A stretch of 64,000 nucleotides of DNA from assembly GCA_963555755.3 (NCBI GenBank), contig OY820905.2:4416001-4480000 (forward strand). Reading direction: 5' to 3'. Numbering within the stretch: position 1 is the stretch's first letter; every line of letters starts with the position of its first letter. The DNA comes from Nitrospirales bacterium (GTDB lineage Bacteria; Nitrospirota; Nitrospiria; Nitrospirales; UBA8639). Below are positions 1-9,443 of this stretch, piece after piece. The notes below the pieces were generated by a model. It did no database searches. It was given only the letters and a program-made list of their open reading frames with translations, and had not been told where the DNA came from. Both the position numbers and the translations under genes were made by a program.

Positions 1-7
1 GACCCAA

Positions 8-1357
8 TTGGCTGTGGGTCAAACCGAAAATGCGATGGAACAATTTCTCAGCGTATTCAATTTACATCCCTTTCACCACGATGCAGGACGGGCACTCAAT
101 CGTCTGGCGGAATTGCTTGGGGAGCAGGGGAAGGATGTTCCCTCACTCTGGTTTGCGTACTTGGCCGTGAAACGATTTCCCGGAGAGGCACAAGCCTATG
201 CGGGGGAGGCGGCGATTCTTCGATGGGCGCAAGCCGATCTGAAGAAAGGGCGGGATGTGGTGTTTCATGGCGAGGTGCGTCCACGATTGGCTGAATTAGG
301 AGTCCCTCTTCCCATCACATGGAACGAATTTCGGCGGCAGGCCGCTCGATTAGTCATGGTGGCAGGAGCCGACGTAAGGGATGAGGCCTCGTTCTGGATT
401 GCGGAAAGTTATGAGGTTGAAGGCAATCATGAGGAAGCCATGCGGCGATATATTCATTTAATGGGTTCGCGAAGTGGAATGAAATGGGGAAGGCAATCCG
501 GGGAATCCGTCAAGAAACTTCTCCTGACGTTTGCCGATCAAGAGGATTGGGTTCGGCTTGCTTCGTTTTTCGACGTGTATCCGAATCTTTTTGCGGTGCT
601 TTCTCCAGGCCCACAGTTGATGTACGTGATGGGTGAAGCCTACCGACACTTACAACTTCCCGAGCATGCTCTGGAATGGTACGACCGGGTGTTAACCAAA
701 CATCCATCTGCCTCGATTCGGGAGGACGCCTTAGCCCGGAAAGTCTTGGTCGCGACCACAATCCATGATGAGGCTGCGACACAAGAAGCAGGGCAATTAT
801 ACGAAAACGAATTTCCCGAGGGCCGATGGATTATCGATGTGGCCTCTCAATTAGGGGCTCTGGCCTTGCGGCAACACGCGTTTCAAGACGCTCACATGCA
901 CTATGCGATCGTCCTGGCCCATGCCACGGATGAAAAAACCCGTGTAGAGATACGGCGACGCGTGCTCCGTATTCACTATCAGGCAGGCGACATCGACAAA
1001 GCCATTCAAGGGTATCAAGGGCTCATTCGCGACAAGGTCGCGACGAATAATGATCGATTGGTGTATGCCGATCTCTTGTTTGACGCGGGACGAACTCAAG
1101 ATGCGAGCCGTGAGTATACCCAATTAGTTGAGACGCTCGAATCCTCCGATCGGCGAGTGTGGGCCCAATACCGTTTGGCCATGAGTTACCAGGCGCAGGG
1201 ACAGGTCGATAAATCGAAGCAATTGCTGATTCAATTGGCCACGTCTCAAGAACTCACCGGAGCATTTGGTCCAACCATTCGAGCAGCCGCGGCTGCACAG
1301 AATATGGCGTTAGACCTTGTCGCCACAAAGGAGACCCGTGAGAAAAACCAAAAGTAG
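8..1357 (+). CDS. Tetratricopeptide-repeat protein (probably 5'-partial, frame is open to the window edge)
   Basis: 449-aa helical ORF with repeated TPR-like units (e.g. ASFWIAESYEVEGNHEEAMRRY, AQYRLAMSYQAQGQVDKS). Confidence 0.75.
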   Translation: MAVGQTENAMEQFLSVFNLHPFHHDAGRALNRLAELLGEQGKDVPSLWFAYLAVKRFPGEAQAYAGEAAILRWAQADLKKGRDVVFHGEVRPRLAELGVPLPITWNEFRRQAARLVMVAGADVRDEASFWIAESYEVEGNHEEAMRRYIHLMGSRSGMKWGRQSGESVKKLLLTFADQEDWVRLASFFDVYPNLFAVLSPGPQLMYVMGEAYRHLQLPEHALEWYDRVLTKHPSASIREDALARKVLVATTIHDEAATQEAGQLYENEFPEGRWIIDVASQLGALALRQHAFQDAHMHYAIVLAHATDEKTRVEIRRRVLRIHYQAGDIDKAIQGYQGLIRDKVATNNDRLVYADLLFDAGRTQDASREYTQLVETLESSDRRVWAQYRLAMSYQAQGQVDKSKQLLIQLATSQELTGAFGPTIRAAAAAQNMALDLVATKETREKNQK

Positions 1358-2561
1358 GTTTGCATCACTCGTGGTTCCCCCGTTGGGCCAGGAAATCGGT
1401 GCGACGAACATCGGCGTTCGGGAACCGAGTCATGTGCGACCGCAAGACCTGGAGTTGGAGCTTCGGGCGAGCACGCTTGCCTTGGAATCAAAACTTCAGG
1501 AAAACGCCCGCTTGAAACAACAAGGTGAGGTGTTAATTGGAAATCTTGAAGTAGGAGTGATCGTCACGACTGCCACCGGCTGCGTGAGAGTTGCGAACAA
1601 AATGGCGGCGGATCTGCTGGGAACCACGCGAAAGAAAATGTTGGGTGTCCCGCTTGATCACATATGGGCTAGCAGTGGTTTGCCTGTGGTGCCGTGTTCC
1701 TCGATTCGGCATCACGACCGTTTTCTCACGTGTTATAACCAAGTCATCCCGACGTCAAGGCCTCGGGGAACAGGGGTGATCCGAATCATCAAAGACGTGA
1801 CTATGGTGGCGACGCTTCAGGATCAACTCGCCAATCAACAACGTCTAGCGGTTATGGGAGAAATGATTGGCACGATTGCCCATGAAATACGCAACCCCTT
1901 GGGGAGTATCGAATTATTTGCATCGTTGTTGGGTACGTCAATTCAAGATGATACCGAACGGCAAACATTGGCCAAGCAAATTACCACCGTGGTGCAAAGC
2001 CTTGACCAGGTGTTGTCCAATCTCTTGGTCATGACGAAGAACCTGACTCCCAATATTCGAGACGTGAGTCTCGATTCGATGGTTCATGATGTCATCATGA
2101 TGGGCATGCACGTGATTCGGGAACGGTCGATTTCGGTGTGCGAGGACCTTCGTACGTCGCCGCGAATGGTCTGTGTGGATGAACCCCTCTTGAAACAGGC
2201 CTTGCTGAATCTGCTTCTGAACGCGATCCAAGCTTCACTGGAAAACGGGGTGGTTGAGATTTCGAGTCGATGGGCGCCTATCGACTCCTCTCCTCAGGGT
2301 TTGCCCGGGCTGAAGGCTGGCATGCTGGGTCGAGAAGCGGTGGTCCTGAGTGTGCGAGACTCCGGGTGTGGAATACGAGAAGAAGATCAGGAACGCATGT
2401 TTGAGCCATTTTTCTCGAAGCGAAGAGGGGGGACGGGTTTAGGATTAGCCATTGTACGCCAGATTATGGACGTCCATCAGGGATGGGTGGAATGGACCAG
2501 TACACCGGGAGAAGGAACGACCATGACGTTGTGGGTTCCTCAAGGGCTCGCGCAAAAATAG
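1317..2561 (+). CDS. PAS sensor histidine kinase, FleS/FlgS-like (true start uncertain)
   Basis: H-box AHEIRNPL, N-box NLLLNAIQA, G boxes DSGCGI and GGTGLGL; directly upstream of a sigma54 response regulator and flgB. Confidence 0.88.
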   Translation: MSPQRRPVRKTKSRFASLVVPPLGQEIGATNIGVREPSHVRPQDLELELRASTLALESKLQENARLKQQGEVLIGNLEVGVIVTTATGCVRVANKMAADLLGTTRKKMLGVPLDHIWASSGLPVVPCSSIRHHDRFLTCYNQVIPTSRPRGTGVIRIIKDVTMVATLQDQLANQQRLAVMGEMIGTIAHEIRNPLGSIELFASLLGTSIQDDTERQTLAKQITTVVQSLDQVLSNLLVMTKNLTPNIRDVSLDSMVHDVIMMGMHVIRERSISVCEDLRTSPRMVCVDEPLLKQALLNLLLNAIQASLENGVVEISSRWAPIDSSPQGLPGLKAGMLGREAVVLSVRDSGCGIREEDQERMFEPFFSKRRGGTGLGLAIVRQIMDVHQGWVEWTSTPGEGTTMTLWVPQGLAQK

Positions 2562-2700
2562 CTTCCCCTGTTTGGGCGTCGATCCATCCCGTCTGGCGGC
2601 GTTGCTCCTCCTTTCCATACGAGGAGTATGCGCAGTCCTCGCGCTTTGCCAGACAGGTGTCTCAGCACCCAAACAGGGAAAGTTATTCTTGCGCGAACCC
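2544..2700. mobile_element. MITE family A copy 1 (157 bp)
   Basis: Terminal inverted repeats GGGCTCGCGCAAAAATAG...TTATTCTTGCGCGAACCC, flanked by duplicated CAA; four more copies in the window. Confidence 0.85.
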
Positions 2701-2717
2701 CAAGAAAGGGAGAGGTC

Positions 2718-4082
2718 ATGAAGGAATTGAGTGAGTATGATGAATCGGCCATTCTCGTGGTCGAAGATGATTCGAACATGCGGTTGGCCCTATCCAAGTC
2801 TCTCGGGGGACAGGGCTATCCCGTGGTGCTCGCCCATAATGGTTACGAGGCCTTGGAGTGTTTGGAAAAACAGCCAGCGTGGTTGGTGATTGCCGATGTC
2901 AACATGCCGGGAAAAGGTGGAATCGAGATGTTGCGTGAGATCCGGGCAGGAGGAAATTCGGTCCCGGTAGTTCTGATGACGGCCTACAGTACGGTGGAGA
3001 CGGCGGTGCAGGCGTTGAAACTGGGCGCAGCGGATTATCTTCAGAAACCGTTTCCATTTCAGCAATTGGAAAGCATGATTTCTCGAATACGTCATGAAAC
3101 ATTGGAATCTGACGAGGTGGGGCTACCTGATGTGGAGAAGGATCCATCCGTCGGGTTTCTCACCTGTAATGAGCGAGTCCGCCAAATTCTGAAAATGCTC
3201 GAAGCTGTGGCACCCAGTAATGCCACCGTGTTGATTCAGGGAGAAAGTGGAACAGGCAAAGAAGTTTTGGCTCGATACGTTCATAGCATCAGCCCCAGGG
3301 CCAACCGGCCGTTTGTGGCCGTGAATTGTGCGGCTTTGCCGGATGGGTTGTTGGAGAGTGAGTTGTTCGGCTTTGAAAAAGGCGCCTTTACCGGGGCCCT
3401 GGCCCGTCGGAGCGGAAAATTTGAATTGGCGCATCAGGGTACGCTGCTCTTGGATGAAATCGCAGAAATGAGTATAGGCCTGCAAGCGAAACTGCTTCGG
3501 GTTCTCCAGGAACGCGAAGTGGATCGGCTTGGCGCACGCCAGCCGATTTCCATTGATATCCGCGTGTTGGTCACCACCAATCGACATTTACATCAAGAAG
3601 TTCAAGCGGGGAACTTTCGCGAAGACTTGTACTATCGATTGAGTGTCATGCCCGTGACCCTTCCTCCGCTCCGTGAACGCCCGGAGGACATTATTTTGCT
3701 TGCTGAATATCTGGCAGAGCGATCGTTTAAAAGAAATCAGCGACCTGGCGGTGGGATTACCCCGGAAGCCCTTGCCTGTTTGAAATCCCGTCCTTGGCGC
3801 GGCAACGTCCGCGAATTGGAGAATGCCATTGAACGAGCGGTGTTGTTAGCCGACCGGGGACCCTTACGAATTGAGCATTTTGCTTTTGATGCAGAAGCCC
3901 CGCAGGTCACGCTGTCTGTGGAACCAACGGGTTCTATCTGGGAGATGGAGCGGGATTTGATTTTGCGAACATTGGAACGTCACGGGGGAAACCGTACGCA
4001 TGCCGCAAGAGAGTTGGGCATTAGTATTCGGACCATGCGAAATAAGTTGCGGGAATATCGTCAGTTGGGGATCCACGTTTAG
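2718..4082 (+). CDS. Sigma54-dependent response regulator (REC-AAA+-HTH), FleR/FlgR-like
   Basis: REC domain, Walker A GESGTGKE, GAFTGA loop, C-terminal Fis-type HTH; ATG at 2718 follows a purine-rich RBS (the ORF-track extension from 2628 is MITE sequence). Confidence 0.93.
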   Translation: MKELSEYDESAILVVEDDSNMRLALSKSLGGQGYPVVLAHNGYEALECLEKQPAWLVIADVNMPGKGGIEMLREIRAGGNSVPVVLMTAYSTVETAVQALKLGAADYLQKPFPFQQLESMISRIRHETLESDEVGLPDVEKDPSVGFLTCNERVRQILKMLEAVAPSNATVLIQGESGTGKEVLARYVHSISPRANRPFVAVNCAALPDGLLESELFGFEKGAFTGALARRSGKFELAHQGTLLLDEIAEMSIGLQAKLLRVLQEREVDRLGARQPISIDIRVLVTTNRHLHQEVQAGNFREDLYYRLSVMPVTLPPLRERPEDIILLAEYLAERSFKRNQRPGGGITPEALACLKSRPWRGNVRELENAIERAVLLADRGPLRIEHFAFDAEAPQVTLSVEPTGSIWEMERDLILRTLERHGGNRTHAARELGISIRTMRNKLREYRQLGIHV

Positions 4083-4205
4083 CCAGGTGTTGAAAAAGGC
4101 CGCCAGCGGCGTTCTCGGGAATTTGCCGTGCTCACGTACTGCTGTACGCTCCGCGCGCCAAATCCCCTGCGGCCTTGCTGGACGGACCTTTTTGAACACC
4201 TGGCG
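4081..4205. mobile_element. MITE family B copy 1 (125 bp)
   Basis: Inverted ends GCCAGGTGTTGAAAAAGG...CCTTTTTGAACACCTGGC; overlaps the upstream TAG; homologous to 4445-4592 and 16550-16674. Confidence 0.75.
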
Positions 4206-4341
4206 GGTTTCGAATTTTAGAGTAAGAGAACGTGAACCGTCATAGGCAAGGATTGCTTGTCGGCAAGAATGGACTGGTTGTTTGTTCCTGGTTTGGTAGA
4301 GGAGACAATGAAAAACTCAGTGCACGCCAAGAAAGAGAGGA

Positions 4342-4357
4342 TGGCACTGAGGTTGCT
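4342..4357 (+). promoter_or_regulatory. Sigma54 -24/-12 promoter of the flgB operon
   Basis: TGGCAC-TGAGG-TTGCT matches TGGCAC-N5-TTGC; same motif upstream of fliL and flgF. Confidence 0.8.
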
Positions 4358-4444
4358 ATCTTTCTGGTAGGGGACCGTTGAATAATGGAAACTTTTTCAT
4401 AATGCCGTTCACAGGTGGCTCATCTTATGAAACGCCAAGAGCAA

Positions 4445-4592
4445 GAGGGGATGTTCAAAAAGGTGCGTTCAGCAAGGCCGCAGGCCCTTTGACGCGCGGA
4501 GCGTACTCATAGTACGTGAGCACGACAAAGGGCTGAGAACGCCGCTGACGCCCCCCCGCCTCCGCGGGGGCATGCTTTTTCAACATTCCCTG
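4445..4592. mobile_element. MITE family B copy 2 (opposite orientation, extra GC hairpin inside)
   Basis: Ends GGGGATGTTCAAAAAG...CTTTTTCAACATTCCC; internal core is the reverse complement of copy 1. Confidence 0.72.
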
Positions 4593-4609
4593 GTAGGGAG
4601 GGGAACGCC

Positions 4610-5017
4610 ATGGTCATTACGCCTTGGGATGGGGGAACAAAACTCTATGAGCACGCGCTCAATGTGCGAGGGGCGATTCATGAAACCGTCGCTGCGAATA
4701 TTGCTAATGAAGAAACTCCCGGGTATCGCGCCATGCATTTACCGTTTCACAAGGCTTTGCAGTCTGCGGTTCAAGGGAATGGCCCTCTTCTACCTACGAA
4801 GAGCCATGCTCGCCATTTGCCGGTGATCAATGAGGGTGATCGTCCGTTTCTTTCAGTGACGACGCCCAACAGTGGAGGGGGAGCCGATCAAAATACCGTG
4901 AACCTCGAAGAGGAGCTGACGCTCATGGCAGAAAACAATCTCATGTACATGGCCCTGTCACAATTTTTAGCCGGCCGGTTCGATGCATGGCGGAACGCGA
5001 TTAATGAAGGGCGATAA
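4610..5017 (+). CDS. flgB: Flagellar basal-body rod protein FlgB
   Basis: AANIANEETPGY and NTVNLEEE motifs; first gene of the rod operon. Confidence 0.92.
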   Translation: MVITPWDGGTKLYEHALNVRGAIHETVAANIANEETPGYRAMHLPFHKALQSAVQGNGPLLPTKSHARHLPVINEGDRPFLSVTTPNSGGGADQNTVNLEEELTLMAENNLMYMALSQFLAGRFDAWRNAINEGR

Positions 5018-5026
5018 TTAAAAAAC

Positions 5027-5111
5027 CTCGTTCGTATCTCGTTCCTCGTATTTCGTAACAGACTGAAATGCACACGACGAAATACGAACGACGAGATGCG
5101 AGAAACGAAAC
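5027..5111. repeat. Inverted heptamer array (TCGTATC / GATACGA type)
   Basis: ctcgttcgtatctcgttcctcgtatttcgt ... acgaaatacgaacgacgagatgcgagaaacga between flgB and flgC. Confidence 0.75.
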
Positions 5112-5122
5112 AAGGAGGCAGC

Positions 5123-5566
5123 ATGAATATTGATCGATTGTTTTCGGTAGTCGGATCCGCGCTCAGTGCGCAACGTCAACGACTGAACATCATTGCGGGA
5201 AATCTGGCGAATGCAGGATCTACGCGTTCCCCGGATGGTGGTCCGTATATCCGTCGAGACGTGGTGTTTCAATCTACTCAGCAGAGCTCACCTTTCAACC
5301 AGGTTTTTTCGGTAGCATTTGGAGGGGTGGCCGAGCCGAATGGCGTGCGGATCTCGCGAATCATTGAGGATCAACGACCTTCACGGCAAGTGTACGACCC
5401 CAAACATCCGGATGCCGATGACAAGGGGTTCATAGCCATGCCCAACGTGAATGCTGTGGAGGAGATGACTAATCTCTTGTCCACTTCGCGATCCTATGAA
5501 GCGAACCTTGCAGTGCTCGATGCAGGAAAAAGCATGGTGCTGAGAGTCTTGGACTTGGCTCGATAA
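5123..5566 (+). CDS. flgC: Flagellar basal-body rod protein FlgC
   Basis: NLANA...GGPYIRR, YDPKHPDAD, MPNVN, RSYEAN; RBS AGGAGG. Confidence 0.96.
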   Translation: MNIDRLFSVVGSALSAQRQRLNIIAGNLANAGSTRSPDGGPYIRRDVVFQSTQQSSPFNQVFSVAFGGVAEPNGVRISRIIEDQRPSRQVYDPKHPDADDKGFIAMPNVNAVEEMTNLLSTSRSYEANLAVLDAGKSMVLRVLDLAR

Positions 5567-5569
5567 CAG

Positions 5570-5658
5570 ACGTGATGCGTGAAGCGTGATCCGTGAAGCG
5601 TAGGGGGGGACGATTTTCCTATATTTACGCATCACGCATTACGTATCACGGGTCACGA
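5570..5658. repeat. Inverted heptamer array (CGTGAAG / TCACGCA type)
   Basis: cgtgatg cgtgaag cgtgatc cgtgaag ... ttacgca tcacgca ttacgta tcacggg tcacga. Confidence 0.8.
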
Positions 5659-5699
5659 TTTTTGAACAACCACTGTTGCTATGAAGACGAGGAGTTTCC

Positions 5700-6005
5700 A
5701 TGGATGATCTCACAATTCGAGGGTTTGAATCGCTGGCCGGAATTAATGAGCGTGGGGTGGTCACACCTGGTCGGCAAGTAGAGTCACAAGGTTTTGTGGA
5801 GTTATTGAAAGGCGCAATCGACAATGTGAATCAGATTCAGCATGAGTCGGGACGCCTGCAAGGTGCTGTGGCGCGTGGTGAAAACATGAACATTCATCAA
5901 GCCATCATCGCCGGCGAAAAGGCTGGATTGTCATTTCAGTTGATGATGCAAGTGCGAAACAAACTGCTTGATGCGTATCGAGAAGTATCACGATTACAGC
6001 TCTAG
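5700..6005 (+). CDS. fliE: Flagellar hook-basal body protein FliE
   Basis: C-terminal QVRNKLLDAYREV motif; position between flgC and fliF. Confidence 0.94.
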   Translation: MDDLTIRGFESLAGINERGVVTPGRQVESQGFVELLKGAIDNVNQIQHESGRLQGAVARGENMNIHQAIIAGEKAGLSFQLMMQVRNKLLDAYREVSRLQL

Positions 6006-6146
6006 GCGTGAAGGGTGAAGGGTGAAGCGTAACAAACTTGTCGCCCCTCATTAGTTTACTCATCACTCATTACCCTTTACGCATGACATGCTTGAACAAT
6101 GAAGAATAAACACTTTTCGGTACTCATCACGCATTACGTATTACGA
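6006..6146. repeat. Inverted heptamer array
   Basis: gcgtgaa gggtgaa gggtgaa gcgtaa ... ttactca tcactca ttaccct ttacgca, then tcacgca ttacgta. Confidence 0.75.
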
Positions 6147-6164
6147 ACAAGGTAAATTCAAACG

Positions 6165-7802
6165 ATGGCTGAGAACGAAGAAGGCGTCACATTTACTCTG
6201 GATAACGTCAAGCAAAATTTTCAGCGACTCACTTCTATTCAGCGTATGGGATTGCTGGCCCTGCTGGCGTTAGGGCTTGCCGCGATTCCCGTACTGATGC
6301 TCATGGGGAGTGAGCCGGATATGACCGTGTTATTCTCGAACCTCGAGGAGGCTGATGTCCAAGCCATTGCGGGTCGTCTGGAAGCCCAACAGATTCCTTT
6401 TTCCATGGTGGGCAACGGGAATACCATTCTCGTACCCAATGATCAGGTTCATAAATTGCGCATGCAAATGGCTGGGGAAGGGCTGCCGGAAGCCAGTGGC
6501 GTGGGGTTTGAAATCTTCGATCGGACGAGCCTGGGAGTGGGGGAGTTTGCCCAAAAGGTTAACTTCCGTCGTGCGCTACAAGGGGAATTGGCGCGGACCA
6601 TTGGGCAGATGCCCGGTGTGCAACGGGCTCGGGTTCATATCGTGATTCCCGAACGTCGATTATTTACGAAAGATCGAGAACCCGCTCGGGCTGCAGTCGT
6701 GGTGACTTCGAAGCGCGGAGGAATGTTGACTCAGGACCAGGTCGAAGGGGTGGTCCATTTAATCGCCAGTAGTGTGGAGGGACTGGACCCCTCTCAGGTG
6801 ACGGTTGTGGATAGCCGTGGCCACGTATTGAGCCGACCCCAACAGGAAGGACAAGTGGAATTAAGCGGATCGCAGTCTGAATTGCAACGAGCGATTGAAA
6901 CGGATTTTGAACGTCGAGTGCAGACGATGTTGGATCAGGTCTTGGGTCTGAACAAGTCCGTCGTTCGCATTACCGCGGCGCTGGATTTTCGACAGGTGGA
7001 GGTGACCGAGGAGCAGTTTGATCCTGAAACACAGGTTGTGAGAAGCGAGCAACGGAGTCAGGAAAAGGTGAGCGGAAGCGATGGGCCTGCCGGGGTTCCT
7101 GGTACCCGGTCGAATGTGCCAAACGAAGATCCCCCCGAAGAAAACAATAGCAACAAAGAGGCCAAGCGAAAATCCGAAACCATCAATTATGAGATCAATC
7201 GAAAAATCAGCAAAGTGGTTGAGCCGAGCGGGACGATCCAACGCCTGTCCGTGGCCGTTTTAGTGGATGGATCCTATGAGACAGTCGTGAACGAGGAATC
7301 CGGAGAAACAACCTCCCAGTATGTGCCACGCGGTGAAGAGGAAATGGCGAAATTGGAGGAAAGTATCAAAAAAGCCGTCGGGTTTTCAGAAGACAGAGGG
7401 GATCAAATTGAGGTCGTCAATTATCCCTTTGAGAAAGCTACGCCCGATGCTGACGAACAATCGACGATTCGTGGGGTGGAAGATTTCCTTCACGTGTGGG
7501 GTGGATACCTTAAGCCGATCGTCTTCTTGTTGCTGGGCCTGTCCGTGTTGATGCTCGTGGTGAAGCCGCTGGTCAAAAACCTGATTGAACCGGTCATGTC
7601 CTCAAAGGCCACGCTCTTGCCCTCAGGGTTGCCGGCGACGGTTGCCGAGATAGAGGCTCAGGAAGTAGAGAAAGTGAAAGTGATCACTCCCGAGCAAAAG
7701 GCCCTGACCCTGGCCGTTCAAAATCCACAAGCCGCAGCCTATGTCATTCGGGAATGGATCAAGGAAGAGAACCAGGCCGAGACGGCGGTTGAGGTGAAAT
7801 AA
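6165..7802 (+). CDS. fliF: Flagellar M-ring protein FliF
   Basis: GFEIFD, RALQGELARTI, ARVHIVIP, RLSVAVLVDG; two TM segments. Confidence 0.97.
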   Translation: MAENEEGVTFTLDNVKQNFQRLTSIQRMGLLALLALGLAAIPVLMLMGSEPDMTVLFSNLEEADVQAIAGRLEAQQIPFSMVGNGNTILVPNDQVHKLRMQMAGEGLPEASGVGFEIFDRTSLGVGEFAQKVNFRRALQGELARTIGQMPGVQRARVHIVIPERRLFTKDREPARAAVVVTSKRGGMLTQDQVEGVVHLIASSVEGLDPSQVTVVDSRGHVLSRPQQEGQVELSGSQSELQRAIETDFERRVQTMLDQVLGLNKSVVRITAALDFRQVEVTEEQFDPETQVVRSEQRSQEKVSGSDGPAGVPGTRSNVPNEDPPEENNSNKEAKRKSETINYEINRKISKVVEPSGTIQRLSVAVLVDGSYETVVNEESGETTSQYVPRGEEEMAKLEESIKKAVGFSEDRGDQIEVVNYPFEKATPDADEQSTIRGVEDFLHVWGGYLKPIVFLLLGLSVLMLVVKPLVKNLIEPVMSSKATLLPSGLPATVAEIEAQEVEKVKVITPEQKALTLAVQNPQAAAYVIREWIKEENQAETAVEVK

Positions 7803-8797
7803 TGGGCCACACTTTATCGGGTTCTGAAAAATCCGCGATCCTCTTATTAGCCATGGGGGAATTGCCCGCGGTCGAAGTCATGAAAATGCTTGACCCCAAG
7901 GATATTCGCCAGTTGGGCCAGGAGATGGGCGGCATGGCCAGTGTGGGCGCTGATGATCACTCCCTGGTCATGTTGGAATTTACCAAGCTGGCTTCGACCT
8001 CAGGGCTGTCCGTTGAAGGCAAAACCTTTCTGTCCAAGGTGTTGAATAAAGCCTTGGGTCGGGATAAAGCCCGCCGAATCTTGGCTTCTTTGAGCACGTC
8101 AGACAATGCGGGATTTGAAGCACTCAAGGTTCTTGATGCGGCGTCAATTTCCAATATGCTGACGCACGAGCATCCTCAAACCGGTGCCTTAATCCTGGCC
8201 AACTTGGACGCCGATCAGGCGGGGCAAGTGCTTGGGTTATTACCTGCGAAAAAACGTGAAGAAATCGTCTTTCGGCTGGCGTCTACCGAGGATGTCTTGC
8301 CGAGCGTGCTGGAAGAATTGAATATGGTCATTGAAGAAGAATTGCGGGTTGGGGTGGGTCGGAATGCGGTGCCGGTTGGCGGCGCCGGCATGGTGGCAGA
8401 AGTCCTGAATTCCGTTGGAAAGGATGTGAAGGATGCCATTCTCTCGTCGATGGAATCCCGCAATGAAAAACTGACCGAAGAAATACGGGCGAAGATGTTT
8501 GTCTTTGAGGACCTGGAATATGTGGATGATCGTGGCATGCAAGAATTGCTGCGCGAGGTAAGTAAAGAAGATCTTATGATTGCCTTGAGAGCGGCGGATG
8601 AAGTGTTGCGCGATAAATTCTTCAAGAATATGTCCAGTCGTGCGGCAGAGGCCTTAAAGGATGATATGGAGGCGAAAGGTCCGGCGAAGATCAGTGATGT
8701 GGAAGCCAGCCAACGCACGATTTTGAAAGTGGCCCAAAAACTCGCGGCTGAGGGACGAGTGGTGCTTGGAGGCAAGGATGGCGAACAGATGGTCTAG
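7802..8797 (+). CDS. fliG: Flagellar motor switch protein FliG
   Basis: EHPQTGALIL, MFVFEDL, NMSSRAA motifs. Confidence 0.97.
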   Translation: MGHTLSGSEKSAILLLAMGELPAVEVMKMLDPKDIRQLGQEMGGMASVGADDHSLVMLEFTKLASTSGLSVEGKTFLSKVLNKALGRDKARRILASLSTSDNAGFEALKVLDAASISNMLTHEHPQTGALILANLDADQAGQVLGLLPAKKREEIVFRLASTEDVLPSVLEELNMVIEEELRVGVGRNAVPVGGAGMVAEVLNSVGKDVKDAILSSMESRNEKLTEEIRAKMFVFEDLEYVDDRGMQELLREVSKEDLMIALRAADEVLRDKFFKNMSSRAAEALKDDMEAKGPAKISDVEASQRTILKVAQKLAAEGRVVLGGKDGEQMV

Positions 8798-9443
8798 GAT
8801 TATTAAAGAGCCTGAGGGGGTGTTGGCGATTGAAAGCTGGGAAGCGCTGGATTTAGAAGAGGAGCGGCTGGCCCAAGAGCGTGCTGAACAGGAAAAGGAG
8901 CCCCCACACGATTGCTCGCAGTTGCAACAGGACGCCCATGCATCTGGAGTTGAGGCCGGGCGAACCCAAGGACGGGCTGAAGTGCAAGGCTCGGCTGACG
9001 CTGAAATACAACGAGCCTTAGGCATTGTGGCTCAAGTTGAGCAACTCCGTATACAATCCGCCAAGCAATCGGAATCCGATATTGTCGAGCTGGCGTTGGC
9101 CATGGCCCGAAAAGTCATTCATCGCGAAGCGGCTCTGGACCCAGATATTGTTGTCGCGCAAGTTCGGGAGATTATTTCCAGCATTGTTGAGACGGGCTTG
9201 ATTCGTGTTCTCGTTCACCCCGGTGATGTGGAGTATCTCCTAACCTTTCGCCAGTCGTTTGTTGGCGCCGATGGTACACCTGTGCAGCTCAGTATTGAAC
9301 CGGATGAGACGATCCAGCCAGGCGGATGCATTATCGAGTCCAGTCAATATTTCATGAACGCCACGATCGAAAAACAACTCGAAGCCATCTGGCAGGAAAT
9401 GATTGCGTCTGATGCCGAGATCGACCCTCCTTCAACGTCTTGA
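8778..9443 (+). CDS. fliH: Flagellar assembly protein FliH
   Basis: GxxxG repeats, LVHPGD and GGCIIES motifs; between fliG and fliI. Confidence 0.9.
   Translation: MANRWSRIIKEPEGVLAIESWEALDLEEERLAQERAEQEKEPPHDCSQLQQDAHASGVEAGRTQGRAEVQGSADAEIQRALGIVAQVEQLRIQSAKQSESDIVELALAMARKVIHREAALDPDIVVAQVREIISSIVETGLIRVLVHPGDVEYLLTFRQSFVGADGTPVQLSIEPDETIQPGGCIIESSQYFMNATIEKQLEAIWQEMIASDAEIDPPSTS

Noticed and set aside
2628..2717. N-terminal extensions of the FleR-like gene (also fliO, flgA, flgF, flgC and the 40970 ORF)
   Set aside because: The extensions translate MITE, H or heptamer sequence; downstream ATGs with RBS and domain starts fit better.
8215..8775. Long minus-strand ORFs (also 23975-24691, 55001-55765, 56112-56735)
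   Set aside because: Antisense shadows of well-conserved flagellar genes with no recognisable motifs.
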